A stretch of 64,000 bases of DNA. It comes from a virus. Within the stretch, counting starts at the first letter, position 1. Every line of letters starts with the position of its first letter. A program made the position numbers and the translations under genes. Of this stretch, positions 38,503-47,596 are shown one piece after another. The notes below the pieces were generated by a model that had not been told where the DNA came from, did no database searches, and saw only the letters and a list, made by a program, of their open reading frames with translations. The stretch lies in the IMG/VR virus record IMGVR_UViG_3300048833_000100, positions 9,896 through 73,895 of that record; one strand, given 5' to 3'.

Positions 38503-38544
38503 TAGGAGCACGGTGCTCTGTCCGCAATCATGGAGACTACCCAA

Positions 38545-38967
38545 ATGGCACAATCCCTGCGCAACCAGAACTTCGCTGGCAACCGTTCCTCGAACCGTCC
38601 GTTCTCGCGGGACAACCGCGCCAACGACGACCGTGAGGAAGAGGCTCTGCCGCCGGCCGACTATTGGCTGAACGTGGGCTTCACCCAAGTCGATCCCGAG
38701 ACCGGTGAAGAGACCTTCGTCTCGCTGTCCCGCAAGGGCATCCCGTCGGATGCACTGAAGATCTCGTCGGGCAGCGGCCCGATGTCGAAGGCCAAGAACA
38801 AGGCCATCACGATGCTCGATGACCGCGCCATGGCGATGGAAGCGGGCGATGTCTGGACCACCCGCCTGCAGGTGCAGGTCCGTCGTGTGGGCACCACCAA
38901 TGGCGCCGCACCGCTCGAAGAGGACAACCCGTTCATCGACGCCATCCGCGCTCTCTTCGCCGACTGA
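38545..38967 (+). CDS. N4 gp2-like ssDNA-binding RNAP II co-activator
   Basis: YWLNVGF...FVSL..GIP.D and LQVQVRRV match the N4 gp2 pattern; upstream of RNAP1. Confidence 0.8.
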   Translation: MAQSLRNQNFAGNRSSNRPFSRDNRANDDREEEALPPADYWLNVGFTQVDPETGEETFVSLSRKGIPSDALKISSGSGPMSKAKNKAITMLDDRAMAMEAGDVWTTRLQVQVRRVGTTNGAAPLEEDNPFIDAIRALFAD

Positions 38968-38976
38968 TCCGGCACA

Positions 38977-39011
38977 GCCCTATCCCTTCGGGGGTAGGGC
39001 ATCCCTTTTTT
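38977..39011 (+). terminator. Rho-independent terminator
   Basis: gccctatccc-ttcg-ggggtagggc followed by atccctttttt. Confidence 0.8.
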
Positions 39012-39077
39012 CCATCCCCTTCCTGACCCGGCACTCGGGATAGTCATTCTACCCTCGATAGTCCGGTTGGCGTTGCT

Positions 39078-39099
39078 CCGGCCTGTGGGCCGGTTGGGT
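39078..39099 (+). promoter_or_regulatory. vRNAP hairpin promoter P5
   Basis: ccggcc-tgtg-ggccgg then ttgGG; upstream of RNAP1. Confidence 0.7.
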
Positions 39100-39240
39100 G
39101 GTTGGCGTGGCTCTGGCCATGTCTGTCACCTAAGGACGCCCTAAAGACGGTCCTCACTCATGACCCTCGACTGTCCTAAAGGACCAGACCTTGGAAAGAT
39201 CCAGGGTCTGTCCTGAACCATGCCCAGAAGGGAGAGACCC

Positions 39241-40134
39241 ATGAAAGACTTCGATCGGGACTACGATACCCTCGAGATTACCGACCTGTTGCCCGAGCTC
39301 GCAGAGCTCGAAGACATCAATACCGAGACCTCCACTCAGATCGAGCTGGAGAAGCTCCACTGCAAGTATCAGCAGATCCCGGCCATGCGGGAGGACTTCG
39401 CACGGGACCTCACCGGGACCATCGAGGCGACCGGACTGCCTATGGCTTTCTGCCTGCAGCTCCTCGTCCAGATGGCCCTACACCGCACCGCGGATGTTTC
39501 GACCATGGTCGGCATCCTGCGGCCGCACTTCGAGGACAAGGAGAAGCCGGCACAGGCCTGTGCCGATGCCATCTGGGAAGCCTGCGGCCACGACCTCCTC
39601 GACTATGACGACGAACGTCAGAAGCTCGTCATGGCCTATGATGTGGACGATGAGACCCATCGGATGATCGAGCAGTTCATGTATCCACTGCCCATGGTCG
39701 AACCTCCTGCAGAGGTGAAGACCAACCGGCACACCGGCTACAAGACCATCAAGGGCTCCATCATCCTCAAGCACAACCACATCGAGGAAGATGTCTGCCT
39801 CGACCACATCAACCGGATGAACGCCCAGGAACTCAGGCTGAACACCAAGATCGTCTCGATCATGCAGAACAGCTGGGCGAACCTGGACAAGCGCCAGGAG
39901 GACGAGACCGTGGTCGAGTTCCGGGCACGGCAGAAGGCCTTCAAGAAGTTCGACCGCACCTCACGGGATGTTATCGACCTCGTGTCGATGCAGTCCGAGA
40001 AGTTCTGGCTGACCCACAAATACGACAAGCGCGGGCGGACCTACGCCCAAGGCTACCACATCAACTACCAATCCGGTGACTGGCACAAAGCCATGATTGA
40101 GTTTTACCGGACAGAGCAGTTGAAAGAGGCATGA
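39241..40134 (+). CDS. RNA polymerase II subunit 1 (N4 gp15-like)
   Basis: YPLPMVEPP, DVCLDHINRMN and FWLTHKYDKRGRTYAQGYHIN motifs. Confidence 0.95.
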   Translation: MKDFDRDYDTLEITDLLPELAELEDINTETSTQIELEKLHCKYQQIPAMREDFARDLTGTIEATGLPMAFCLQLLVQMALHRTADVSTMVGILRPHFEDKEKPAQACADAIWEACGHDLLDYDDERQKLVMAYDVDDETHRMIEQFMYPLPMVEPPAEVKTNRHTGYKTIKGSIILKHNHIEEDVCLDHINRMNAQELRLNTKIVSIMQNSWANLDKRQEDETVVEFRARQKAFKKFDRTSRDVIDLVSMQSEKFWLTHKYDKRGRTYAQGYHINYQSGDWHKAMIEFYRTEQLKEA

Positions 40135-40800
40135 TACCCTGTTAGGGTAAATATACCCCTACAAGGAATCCAACATGAAGATCTGCAAAGACTGTGGTGA
40201 GTCCCTACCACTCACCGCATTTCGGCCCAAGCCGTCCAACAAGGATGGCTTGGAGCCACGCTGCAAAGCCTGTCGAAACATACGATACAACAAGGCAGAC
40301 CCACACAGGGTCTTCCGCAAAATCTACAACAGTCAGCTGCTCAATTCAGTAGGTCGGGGGCATCCGCCACCGGCATACACCTATGAAGAGCTCATTGCTT
40401 GGGCAGACCGACAGCCACAACTCTGGGAGCTTTGGCATGCCTATGTGGCATCAGGATACCAAAAGGAGTTGAAGCCGAGCTGCGATCGTCTGGACAACAA
40501 CCGCCCATACGAGCTCGACAACCTCGAGATCGTGACCTGGGAGGAAAACCGGGCAAGGGCAGCCAGGGACAAAGCAGCCAACACCCTACTGGTGAACCAC
40601 CGCCCAGTAGCCGCATACAATCTCGATGGCTCCAAACATAGAGAATACCCATCCATCACAGAAGCCATGAGAGAAGTCTCAGGGAATATGTGGGGCATCT
40701 CCTCTGTGGCCAATGGAGTGCCAGTCAGAGATGGGCGCGGCCACCTCTACACACCCAGAACCTATAAAGGATTCATTTGGAAATGGATCTGAACATCAAC
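40066..40800 (+). mobile_element. Homing endonuclease cassette carrying a replacement RNAP1 3' end
   Basis: 735-bp insert bounded by ACATCAAC direct repeats (40058-65 and 40793-800). Confidence 0.75.
40175..40792 (+). CDS. HNH-like homing endonuclease with Zn finger and NUMOD1-like domain
   Basis: CKDC...CKAC; PSCDRLDNNRPYELDNLEIVTWEEN; C-terminal EYPSITEAMRE...TYKGFIWKW. Confidence 0.85.
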   Translation: MKICKDCGESLPLTAFRPKPSNKDGLEPRCKACRNIRYNKADPHRVFRKIYNSQLLNSVGRGHPPPAYTYEELIAWADRQPQLWELWHAYVASGYQKELKPSCDRLDNNRPYELDNLEIVTWEENRARAARDKAANTLLVNHRPVAAYNLDGSKHREYPSITEAMREVSGNMWGISSVANGVPVRDGRGHLYTPRTYKGFIWKWI

Positions 40801-40869
40801 CCGCAGGGGAACGACTGGCAGAAGGCCATGATCGAGTTCTTCCATGCTGAACCTCTGAAGGAGATTTGA
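40793..40869 (+). pseudogene. Orphaned second copy of the RNAP1 3' end
   Basis: Encodes INPQGNDWQKAMIEFFHAEPLKEI*, co-linear with the expressed INYQSGDWHKAMIEFYRTEQLKEA*. Confidence 0.85.
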
Positions 40870-40872
40870 ACC

Positions 40873-41151
40873 ATGGGAGATCATGGAGACGACCTTTGGG
40901 ACATCGCTTTCGAGGATAACCTGGCACAGCATAACGATGTCTGGCCCGAGGACTATGTTCCCAAGACCTGGACCACCAACGAAGGCAGGATCCTGCTCCT
41001 CACGGAGATGACAACCAGCCACATCTTCAACTGCATCGAATGGCTCAAGAGACGGCCGTTCCCTGACAAGCCAAAGATCAAGCAGATGATCGCAGCCTTC
41101 GATGCGGAGCTGGAACGGCGCCAAACCGAAGCCCAATCACGGGAGGAGTGA
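40873..41151 (+). CDS. Hypothetical protein
   Basis: WTTNEGRILLLTEMTTSHIFNCI, a motif common in small phage proteins. Confidence 0.7.
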   Translation: MGDHGDDLWDIAFEDNLAQHNDVWPEDYVPKTWTTNEGRILLLTEMTTSHIFNCIEWLKRRPFPDKPKIKQMIAAFDAELERRQTEAQSREE

Positions 41152-41154
41152 ACC

Positions 41155-41472
41155 ATGGGGAAACGATCCGAGATGCTCCGGTTGGAGCTGAACCTGACTG
41201 CCCAGAAGCTGAAGGTGGCTGATGCCTCCAGGATGTCGACCTACTGGGCTACAACCAATCAGGTGGCCGACCTCCTGAAGCGCAACTTCACCGCCAGCGG
41301 TATGGTTCTCCACGTCACCGATCTGACCGGGAAAACCCTCATCAATCCCGTGATGATCTCCGACGGGCTCAGTGAGGCAACCCTGCGAGCCATCCATGCC
41401 GACATCGTCCGTAGCTACGACTTGGCGGCATCGTTCGGTCCCATCAAACCCCTCGATCCACCGAAGGAGTGA
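41155..41472 (+). CDS. Hypothetical protein conserved in N4-like phages
   Basis: ASGMVLHVTDLTGK..INPVMISDGLSEATLRAI..DIVRSY resembles the N4 gp14-type family. Confidence 0.7.
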   Translation: MGKRSEMLRLELNLTAQKLKVADASRMSTYWATTNQVADLLKRNFTASGMVLHVTDLTGKTLINPVMISDGLSEATLRAIHADIVRSYDLAASFGPIKPLDPPKE

Positions 41473-41475
41473 GCC

Positions 41476-41850
41476 ATGACACGAATCTCCAAATCCCACG
41501 CTGCTACAGCCCATGCTGTCTATGGGGGGATAAAGAAGCTCAATCTTTCGGATGAGAAGAAACGGATCTGGGCAGAGGCCTTTGACCGGATGATGAACCC
41601 GCCACCAGTGGAGGGGGAAATCATCGGCCGAAGCCCTGCGGAGATCTGGTTCAACGATGAGCTCGCCAAACCCGGCAGCTTCCACATCAAGAGCTTCGAC
41701 TTCGGGTCACCGCCCTGGTCTCAGGAGCGCATCACTCCGGTCGACACCACCCCTGACTGGAAACATCCCATCCCAACCAATCGGGCAGGGAATACCCCAT
41801 CTCTCGAGGCCCGCCTCAAGGCTCGAGCCAAGCGCAAGAAACGGAAGTGA
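41476..41850 (+). CDS. Hypothetical protein
   Basis: Operonic ORF with a basic C-terminus. Confidence 0.6.
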   Translation: MTRISKSHAATAHAVYGGIKKLNLSDEKKRIWAEAFDRMMNPPPVEGEIIGRSPAEIWFNDELAKPGSFHIKSFDFGSPPWSQERITPVDTTPDWKHPIPTNRAGNTPSLEARLKARAKRKKRK

Positions 41851-41854
41851 CATC

Positions 41855-42070
41855 ATGAGACTGGACACACCAGAACGGGCCAACCTGTTCGGATCGGCAC
41901 AACGGGCTCACAAACATCTCGGTGTGCTCTTCCAGAACCCGATGGAGCTGGACAAGGACATCATCCAGGAAGAGATCTCCATCGCGGAGAGCTACCGGGA
42001 TCAAGAGATGGCCCGCTACAACAACTACATCACCAAGCTCAACGAGCTCAAAGCTCGCATCAAGGATTGA
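41855..42070 (+). CDS. Hypothetical protein
   Basis: MRLDTPERANLF; operonic spacing. Confidence 0.6.
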   Translation: MRLDTPERANLFGSAQRAHKHLGVLFQNPMELDKDIIQEEISIAESYRDQEMARYNNYITKLNELKARIKD

Positions 42071-42074
42071 TCAC

Positions 42075-42254
42075 ATGATCGTCATCACCCTCGGCAATGG
42101 AGCCGAGTTCTACATCACCCAGGACAAGCGCATGGGCATCCGTCAGGTGACCAATGGCCAGATCACCAGTGATGTGGCTCTCGGCACTGCAACAGAGAAG
42201 CGGCTGGATACAATCCAACTGCACATGAACTCGCTCCGGCCTCATCTGGACTGA
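42075..42254 (+). CDS. Hypothetical protein
   Basis: SD aagga; MIVITLGNGAEF. Confidence 0.6.
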   Translation: MIVITLGNGAEFYITQDKRMGIRQVTNGQITSDVALGTATEKRLDTIQLHMNSLRPHLD

Positions 42255-42310
42255 GTTCTACCGAACCACAGCACAGCACACCAACTGCAGAACATACCAG
42301 GAGATACCCA

Positions 42311-43576
42311 ATGGCTTTCCAAGAGTTCACTCCGATCCAGTATCTGATGATCGACATCGCCAACAACGCTGGCCAAGACAAGGAAGACTGGGATCTCCGC
42401 CTGCAATGGTTCGAGATCCATGAGGCCCAGATCCGCGAGATCGCCGAGCTGGCCCAGACAGCGCCCAAATCCATCCCGAGCCACCCCCTGGTCAAATATG
42501 CCAAGGAGAACGGCGAGCCCTCGCTCTTCGTCGCAGGAATCCTCGCATGGGATGCTGCCCGTCAGGGCAAGGAGATCGGCTATCCAATCTCCCTCGATGC
42601 CACGGCCTCGGGTGCCCAGCTTCTGGCTCTCCTCGTGGAGTGCGAGAAATCGGCCCTGCTCTGCAACGTGATCGACTCGGGCAAGAGGGAGGACCTCTAC
42701 ACCAACGTCTATCACCTCATGCTGGGCCGCATGCCTGACCAGGCAATCTCGATCACCCGGCAGCAGGTCAAGGACGCTGTCATGCCCTCGTTCTATGGTT
42801 CACGGGAAGCCCCGATCCGCACCTTCGGAGAAGGGGAGCGGCTCCAGTGCTTCTACGATACCATGTCCCAGGACCTGCCTGGCCTCTGGGCTCTGAACAA
42901 CGCCCTGATCGAGCTCTGGAACCCCCGCACTCGAGCCCACAGCTGGGTGCTCCCCGACAACTTCCATGTCCGCACCAAGGTCATGGATGAGCGGGAAGAG
43001 CATGTCCAGTTCGCAGGCGCCCTGCATGTGGTGACCACCAAGGTGAACCGGCCGAAACCCTTCGGTCTGGACATCGCTGCCAACTCGATCCACTCGATCG
43101 ACGGCATGGTGGTCAGGGAGATGTCCCGTCGGTGCTCCTACAATCCCGACAAGATCGCAGCCCTGATCCGGCTGACCTCCGGTATCTCCCCGCACAGACC
43201 CAACCGCAACAGCCCGAACCACGACCTCGTGGAGACGCTGTGGCAGCACTATCTGGACTCTGGCTTCCTGTCGGCTCGTATCCTCGAGCTGCTGGATCCC
43301 CAGAACATCCACCTGGTCGATGCGGATGTCATCCGGGGCATGATCAAGACCCTGCCGGAGAAACCGTTCCCGATCCTCTCGGTCCACGACTGCTTCCGCT
43401 GCCACCCCAACTATGGCAACGACCTGCGCCGGCAATACAACCAGATCCTGCATGACATGGCTCAGTCCGATCTCCTGAGCTTCATCGTCAGCCAGATCTC
43501 GGGCACCCGCATGAAGGTCCATAAATACGGCAAGATCGCCGACCGGATCCTCGAGACGAACTACGCCCTCAGCTGA
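42311..43576 (+). CDS. RNA polymerase II subunit 2 (N4 gp16-like)
   Basis: ISLDATASGAQLL (motif A), RQQVKDAVMPSFYGS (B), ANSIHSIDG and SVHDCF (C). Confidence 0.96.
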   Translation: MAFQEFTPIQYLMIDIANNAGQDKEDWDLRLQWFEIHEAQIREIAELAQTAPKSIPSHPLVKYAKENGEPSLFVAGILAWDAARQGKEIGYPISLDATASGAQLLALLVECEKSALLCNVIDSGKREDLYTNVYHLMLGRMPDQAISITRQQVKDAVMPSFYGSREAPIRTFGEGERLQCFYDTMSQDLPGLWALNNALIELWNPRTRAHSWVLPDNFHVRTKVMDEREEHVQFAGALHVVTTKVNRPKPFGLDIAANSIHSIDGMVVREMSRRCSYNPDKIAALIRLTSGISPHRPNRNSPNHDLVETLWQHYLDSGFLSARILELLDPQNIHLVDADVIRGMIKTLPEKPFPILSVHDCFRCHPNYGNDLRRQYNQILHDMAQSDLLSFIVSQISGTRMKVHKYGKIADRILETNYALS

Positions 43577-43620
43577 TGCCTCGTTCCATCCCCATGTCCC
43601 TATAGGGATGGAACTACCTC

Positions 43621-43661
43621 GATGCCCCACCCGCTTCCGCGGTGTGGGGCATCTCTTTTTT
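43621..43661 (+). terminator. Rho-independent terminator
   Basis: gatgccccac...gtggggcatc followed by tctttttt. Confidence 0.8.
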
Positions 43662-43860
43662 CCCCCATATACCCACCAAGAAACAGCCTACTTCAGGACA
43701 GTCACGAAGACAGTCGCAGGTCCATCAATAGGGGCTACTGGAGGGAAGGACCTCATCCTATCGCCGATCCAGGAAGAGTCCAGAGCCAAACCACCAACCC
43801 GGTCAGGGTTGTTTTGTGGTTGTTGGCTCCAGCGACCAGCCCCGAACCATGGAGGTCACA

Positions 43861-44088
43861 ATGATCACCCACCTGCCGACCCGTCGCGTGACGGACCTGA
43901 AGATCCAGCACATCACGGCAGGACCCGGTGGTCCCGTGGTTGCCTCGAACCTCACCTACAAGATCGACGGGAAAAACAACTCAGCTCGGGTTCCCTGGGC
44001 TGCAGCCAGCCCGGCCGCCGAGATGCGCCGCATCGAGGAGGCATTGAAAAAACAGTCGGGGAGGGGTCCCAAAGACCCCGCGGCGTGA
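43861..44088 (+). CDS. Hypothetical protein
   Basis: SD ggagg. Confidence 0.55.
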   Translation: MITHLPTRRVTDLKIQHITAGPGGPVVASNLTYKIDGKNNSARVPWAAASPAAEMRRIEEALKKQSGRGPKDPAA

Positions 44089-44127
44089 TAATCATACCAC
44101 ATCACACCACACCGAGAGGATTGAGCC

Positions 44128-44520
44128 ATGGGCACTCCCAAGCTGAACACCGTCCCGAAAGACATGGTCGCCGAGGCCAAATGGATGAAGGAGAACTTCA
44201 CCTACAAGCCCGACGGCATGGCTGACGAATGGGACATCGGCAAGACCGTGGGAGACTGTGAGGACTATGTCCTGAAGCTGCTCCAGCGTCTCTGCGGGGG
44301 CAGCAAGTCCAAGGTGATCAAGATGCTCCTCAAGGGCAAGGCCCGGATCATCTACACCAAGACCAAAGGCGGCACCGGCCACGCCGTCCTCGAATACCAG
44401 GGCTTCTACATCTGCTCCCGCTATCAGACCTGGAGCAAGTGGCGGCCGGAATACACCGTTTTCAAACCCTACAACCGGACCATGCTTGCTCTCAAGCTGG
44501 CCCTCGGAAAGGTCATCTGA
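44128..44520 (+). CDS. Transglutaminase-like cysteine proteinase (BTLCP-like)
   Basis: DEW...GDCEDYVL and GHAVL catalytic motifs. Confidence 0.75.
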   Translation: MGTPKLNTVPKDMVAEAKWMKENFTYKPDGMADEWDIGKTVGDCEDYVLKLLQRLCGGSKSKVIKMLLKGKARIIYTKTKGGTGHAVLEYQGFYICSRYQTWSKWRPEYTVFKPYNRTMLALKLALGKVI

Positions 44521-44523
44521 ACC

Positions 44524-44643
44524 ATGGATACCCGTGACATCGACATCGTCCCCGCCACCGGCCTCGTGGCCATCATCGCCATCTGCTCTGCAGGTGGCGC
44601 CATCATCGGGCTCCTGACCGGCTTCTTCGTCTGGGCCTTCTGA
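44524..44643 (+). CDS. Small membrane peptide (39 aa)
   Basis: Read manually; hydrophobic; coupled via TGATG. Confidence 0.45.
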   Translation: MDTRDIDIVPATGLVAIIAICSAGGAIIGLLTGFFVWAF

Positions 44644-45059
44644 TGGCCGACGACATCCTGAAACGCAGCCGCAGGGTCTCCCTGACGGTGCAAGAGATCC
44701 TATTCCTCCAGGGGGCTCTTTCCATTGGCATCCAAGCCAATCAGTCCGAGAAGCTGCACGAGAAGCTCTCCCGCATAATGCGGGAAGAGTGTGATCCTGA
44801 ACGTCACCGCCTCGTTGAGGCCTACCGCAATGCGGTCGAGGCCAAGGACGGAGAGATCGAAGTCGACGCAGACGCTGAGGTCAGCCTGAGCGATGACGAC
44901 GGTGCCTATGTCCAGGTCTGGATGTGGGTCTCCAACTCACAGGCTGGCCTCATCACCGAGATCACCTGCATGTCCTGTGGCGACACCACCAACAGTGACG
45001 ACAGCCCGGACGGTGAACGCTGCCCGGACTGCTACAACCGAGAGGTCGACCACCCATGA
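44643..45059 (+). CDS. Hypothetical protein with C-terminal Zn ribbon
   Basis: GEIEVDADAEVSLSDDDGAYVQVWMWV; CMSC...CPDC. Confidence 0.7.
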   Translation: MADDILKRSRRVSLTVQEILFLQGALSIGIQANQSEKLHEKLSRIMREECDPERHRLVEAYRNAVEAKDGEIEVDADAEVSLSDDDGAYVQVWMWVSNSQAGLITEITCMSCGDTTNSDDSPDGERCPDCYNREVDHP

Positions 45060-45208
45060 CAGCCCAGACCCAATGGATCGTGGTCATCTTCCTCTTCACC
45101 CTTGGGTGGATGACCCACCACAATGCCCTCGAAGCCCACAGACACACCCACGAGCTCGCCTGCCACGTCGGTGCTGAAGAGCTCTGCAGCTGGCACAGAT
45201 CCAACTGA
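45056..45208 (+). CDS. Small hypothetical protein (50 aa)
   Basis: Read manually; SD gagg; ATGA overlap. Confidence 0.45.
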   Translation: MTAQTQWIVVIFLFTLGWMTHHNALEAHRHTHELACHVGAEELCSWHRSN

Positions 45209-45331
45209 GCCAGCTTCTCAAGATCCCCCTGCTGCAAACCTAGCCCGTGGGTGGCGGGCTGCGGCCTGAGTCACCGCAATCCATCCAGTGGCAGGGGGAC
45301 CCTGACCACGCAGCCCTGTGAGGAATGAACC

Positions 45332-46138
45332 ATGGCACTTAAGACCCTCCAAGACAAAGCTGAGGCACTGGCAGCCGAATACCTCGAGCGAGTGAGGATG
45401 CACGATGAGTTGACCGGCGCTTGTGCCGATCTGCGTCGTGAGCGGGCCAAGGACATTCGCGATTTACATGAGGCCACCGCCAACACCCTCACCGCTCTCC
45501 TTGCCCGCGCCGAAGCCGCAGAGGGTAAGATCGAAAATGCCGGGCAGGCGATGGCTGAAACACAACCGTCTTGGGAATACCGCTGTCACGCAATCACTGC
45601 GGCACTCGGCATGGATTTTGGTGGGCCAACCCCAGATGGCATACCTGAGGAACACACTTGGTATTCCCACAATCTGAAACGAGCCAATTCAGAGCGTGAT
45701 GCCGCCGTTTTGAAATCCCATCAATACAAGGCCGAACGAGACGCCGCGTTTGCCGAGGTCGCCCGCCTGTCCACCCCACCGGATGATGCGGAGGTGGCGG
45801 CACTGTCCGCATTTCACGATTGGTCCAATAACCATGCGGCGGACTGGAAGATGGGCGCGCTCAAAATGAACGGTAAGTTTAGCCGCTTCATGGACCCGGA
45901 CACTGATACTGCATGGATCGGCTTCAAAGCTGGCTTTCTCGTCGCCCTCGCCCGCCTGTCCCACGCCCTCGCGGCGGAGCGGAAGCTGGCGGATGATGCT
46001 GTGCATGAATTGAAGCACGCACGGGCCGTTCTCCGACATGAACAATACCTAGATGATCCGGGGCGTGAGGCCGTCATCGCCCGCCACGCGGCCCGCAGGA
46101 AGGAAGAAACCCTCGTCAAGCATGGGAGCAAGACATGA
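45332..46138 (+). CDS. Hypothetical mosaic coiled-coil protein
   Basis: 268 aa; ARAEAAE and AERDAA segments typical of temperate-phage accessory genes. Confidence 0.7.
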   Translation: MALKTLQDKAEALAAEYLERVRMHDELTGACADLRRERAKDIRDLHEATANTLTALLARAEAAEGKIENAGQAMAETQPSWEYRCHAITAALGMDFGGPTPDGIPEEHTWYSHNLKRANSERDAAVLKSHQYKAERDAAFAEVARLSTPPDDAEVAALSAFHDWSNNHAADWKMGALKMNGKFSRFMDPDTDTAWIGFKAGFLVALARLSHALAAERKLADDAVHELKHARAVLRHEQYLDDPGREAVIARHAARRKEETLVKHGSKT

Positions 46139-46530
46139 AGATCAAGCGATACCGTATGGTGAGAGACCCGTGGAACCACGCGCACATGACGGCGCGTGAT
46201 GACGGCGAATTTGTTCTGCACGAAGACCACCTCGCCCTTGTCGCAGCGGTAGAGCATGAACGTGATAACGCCCTTGGTATTGTGGCCTCTGCTTATGCGG
46301 CTGGATATACACAGGCGGAGTCTGGTCTCCCAAGCCACGCAAATCAACACACAGCAGCCCAAGCCGCCCTCACTGCGATTGAGCGGGCGGCTTATGAACG
46401 GGGCGTGCGGGATGCGGCAGAAAAGTGCGATGCCGTGCGCAACCACGAGGACACGACCGAAGATGAGTCTGTCGGCGCTCTGTGCTGTGCGTTAGAAATC
46501 CGCGCCCTACTCACGCAGGAGGGGCGGTGA
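46135..46530 (+). CDS. Hypothetical protein
   Basis: DDGEFVLHEDH and AYERGVRDAAE motifs. Confidence 0.7.
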   Translation: MKIKRYRMVRDPWNHAHMTARDDGEFVLHEDHLALVAAVEHERDNALGIVASAYAAGYTQAESGLPSHANQHTAAQAALTAIERAAYERGVRDAAEKCDAVRNHEDTTEDESVGALCCALEIRALLTQEGR

Positions 46531-46772
46531 TGGTCGGCGGATACATTTTGCAGGTCACTGAAATACGCCCCGGCGTTGCACAGATTTGGGTGCAAGGCAC
46601 CGGAAGCGAACAGCACGACGAATTGGCAGTCGATGTAAAGATCGCGCCAGTCATGCCAAAGCCCGGCGATAGCTGCTGGTGGCAAGGCCGCAAGTGCTAC
46701 TGCGCCAAGGACACAATCACTTTGGAGCGCGTCGGTTACAGCTATGACCCGCGCAAGCAGGAGGGGCGGTGA
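46530..46772 (+). CDS. Hypothetical protein
   Basis: MVGGYILQV...PGDSCWWQG; flanked by 19-bp direct repeats. Confidence 0.65.
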   Translation: MVGGYILQVTEIRPGVAQIWVQGTGSEQHDELAVDVKIAPVMPKPGDSCWWQGRKCYCAKDTITLERVGYSYDPRKQEGR

Positions 46773-47020
46773 TGGACAAGCCCAAGATCATCGAAACCCA
46801 CATCCGCAAATGCCGCGTGGTGATCGACAAGCGCACCTTGGAGCGCATCGTCAAGGAATGGGCGATGAAACAGGCCGGGTTCTATGAATATGCGACCGGC
46901 GCTGAAATCAGGTTCCCCGACGCGACAGAGGGAAGCCCACCTTACAAGGTCGGCACCTACTGCACGGTTGACCTGACCGAGGACCAGATGCTGATACCGA
47001 AGGAGGCCACCCATGACTGA
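46772..47020 (+). CDS. Hypothetical protein
   Basis: SD ggagg; coupled. Confidence 0.65.
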   Translation: MDKPKIIETHIRKCRVVIDKRTLERIVKEWAMKQAGFYEYATGAEIRFPDATEGSPPYKVGTYCTVDLTEDQMLIPKEATHD

Positions 47021-47366
47021 CCTGATCACCGAGAACGCCCGGCTGCGGGCGGCGCTGGAAGCTATCTACGAGATCACGGTTGAGCCAGCGGAAACGGACC
47101 ACAAGAACGTGCGAGGCTGGATTGAAGTAACTGCCCGCAACGCCCTTGCCACGCCCGCCCCTGACGCGGTGCAGGAGGCCGCGAGGGTGCCGGAAATCGC
47201 GGCGCTGATCGAGGCGGCGAAAGCCCTGCACCGTGACATGCTAGAGCGGGCGCAACTCAAGATCGACACGATCAGCGGTGATCAATACCGCATCGTCAAT
47301 TCGGGCCGCACCGCTTGGGCCGACTTCGACGCCGCCATTCGCGCCATCGCAGGAGACCGCACATGA
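47013..47366 (+). CDS. Hypothetical protein
   Basis: ENARLRAALE and VQEAARVPEIAALIEA motifs. Confidence 0.65.
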   Translation: MTDLITENARLRAALEAIYEITVEPAETDHKNVRGWIEVTARNALATPAPDAVQEAARVPEIAALIEAAKALHRDMLERAQLKIDTISGDQYRIVNSGRTAWADFDAAIRAIAGDRT

Positions 47367-47596
47367 GCAAATACTTCGCCAATATGAGGGGCCGCCAGCA
47401 CGAATGGCGGGTCGATGTCGCGGAGGCCTCAGTGGAGGACATGCGCGCTGACGGGATCGAGGTATTCGAGGCCGTCTACACCATCCCAGGATGGGTGGCC
47501 GACCTTGGCCTGACCCGCCCGTGGTGCATCATGCAGGATATCTGGGACGCGCCGACCCGCATCTGGAAACGGATTAAGCGAAAAAACCGCACATGA
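47363..47596 (+). CDS. Hypothetical protein
   Basis: SD aggag; flanked by 14-bp direct repeats. Confidence 0.6.
   Translation: MSKYFANMRGRQHEWRVDVAEASVEDMRADGIEVFEAVYTIPGWVADLGLTRPWCIMQDIWDAPTRIWKRIKRKNRT

Noticed and set aside
40066-40800. Group I intron in RNAP1
   Set aside because: The insert is almost entirely coding (replacement tail plus nuclease), with no space for or sign of conserved core helices; the upstream gene is complete without splicing.
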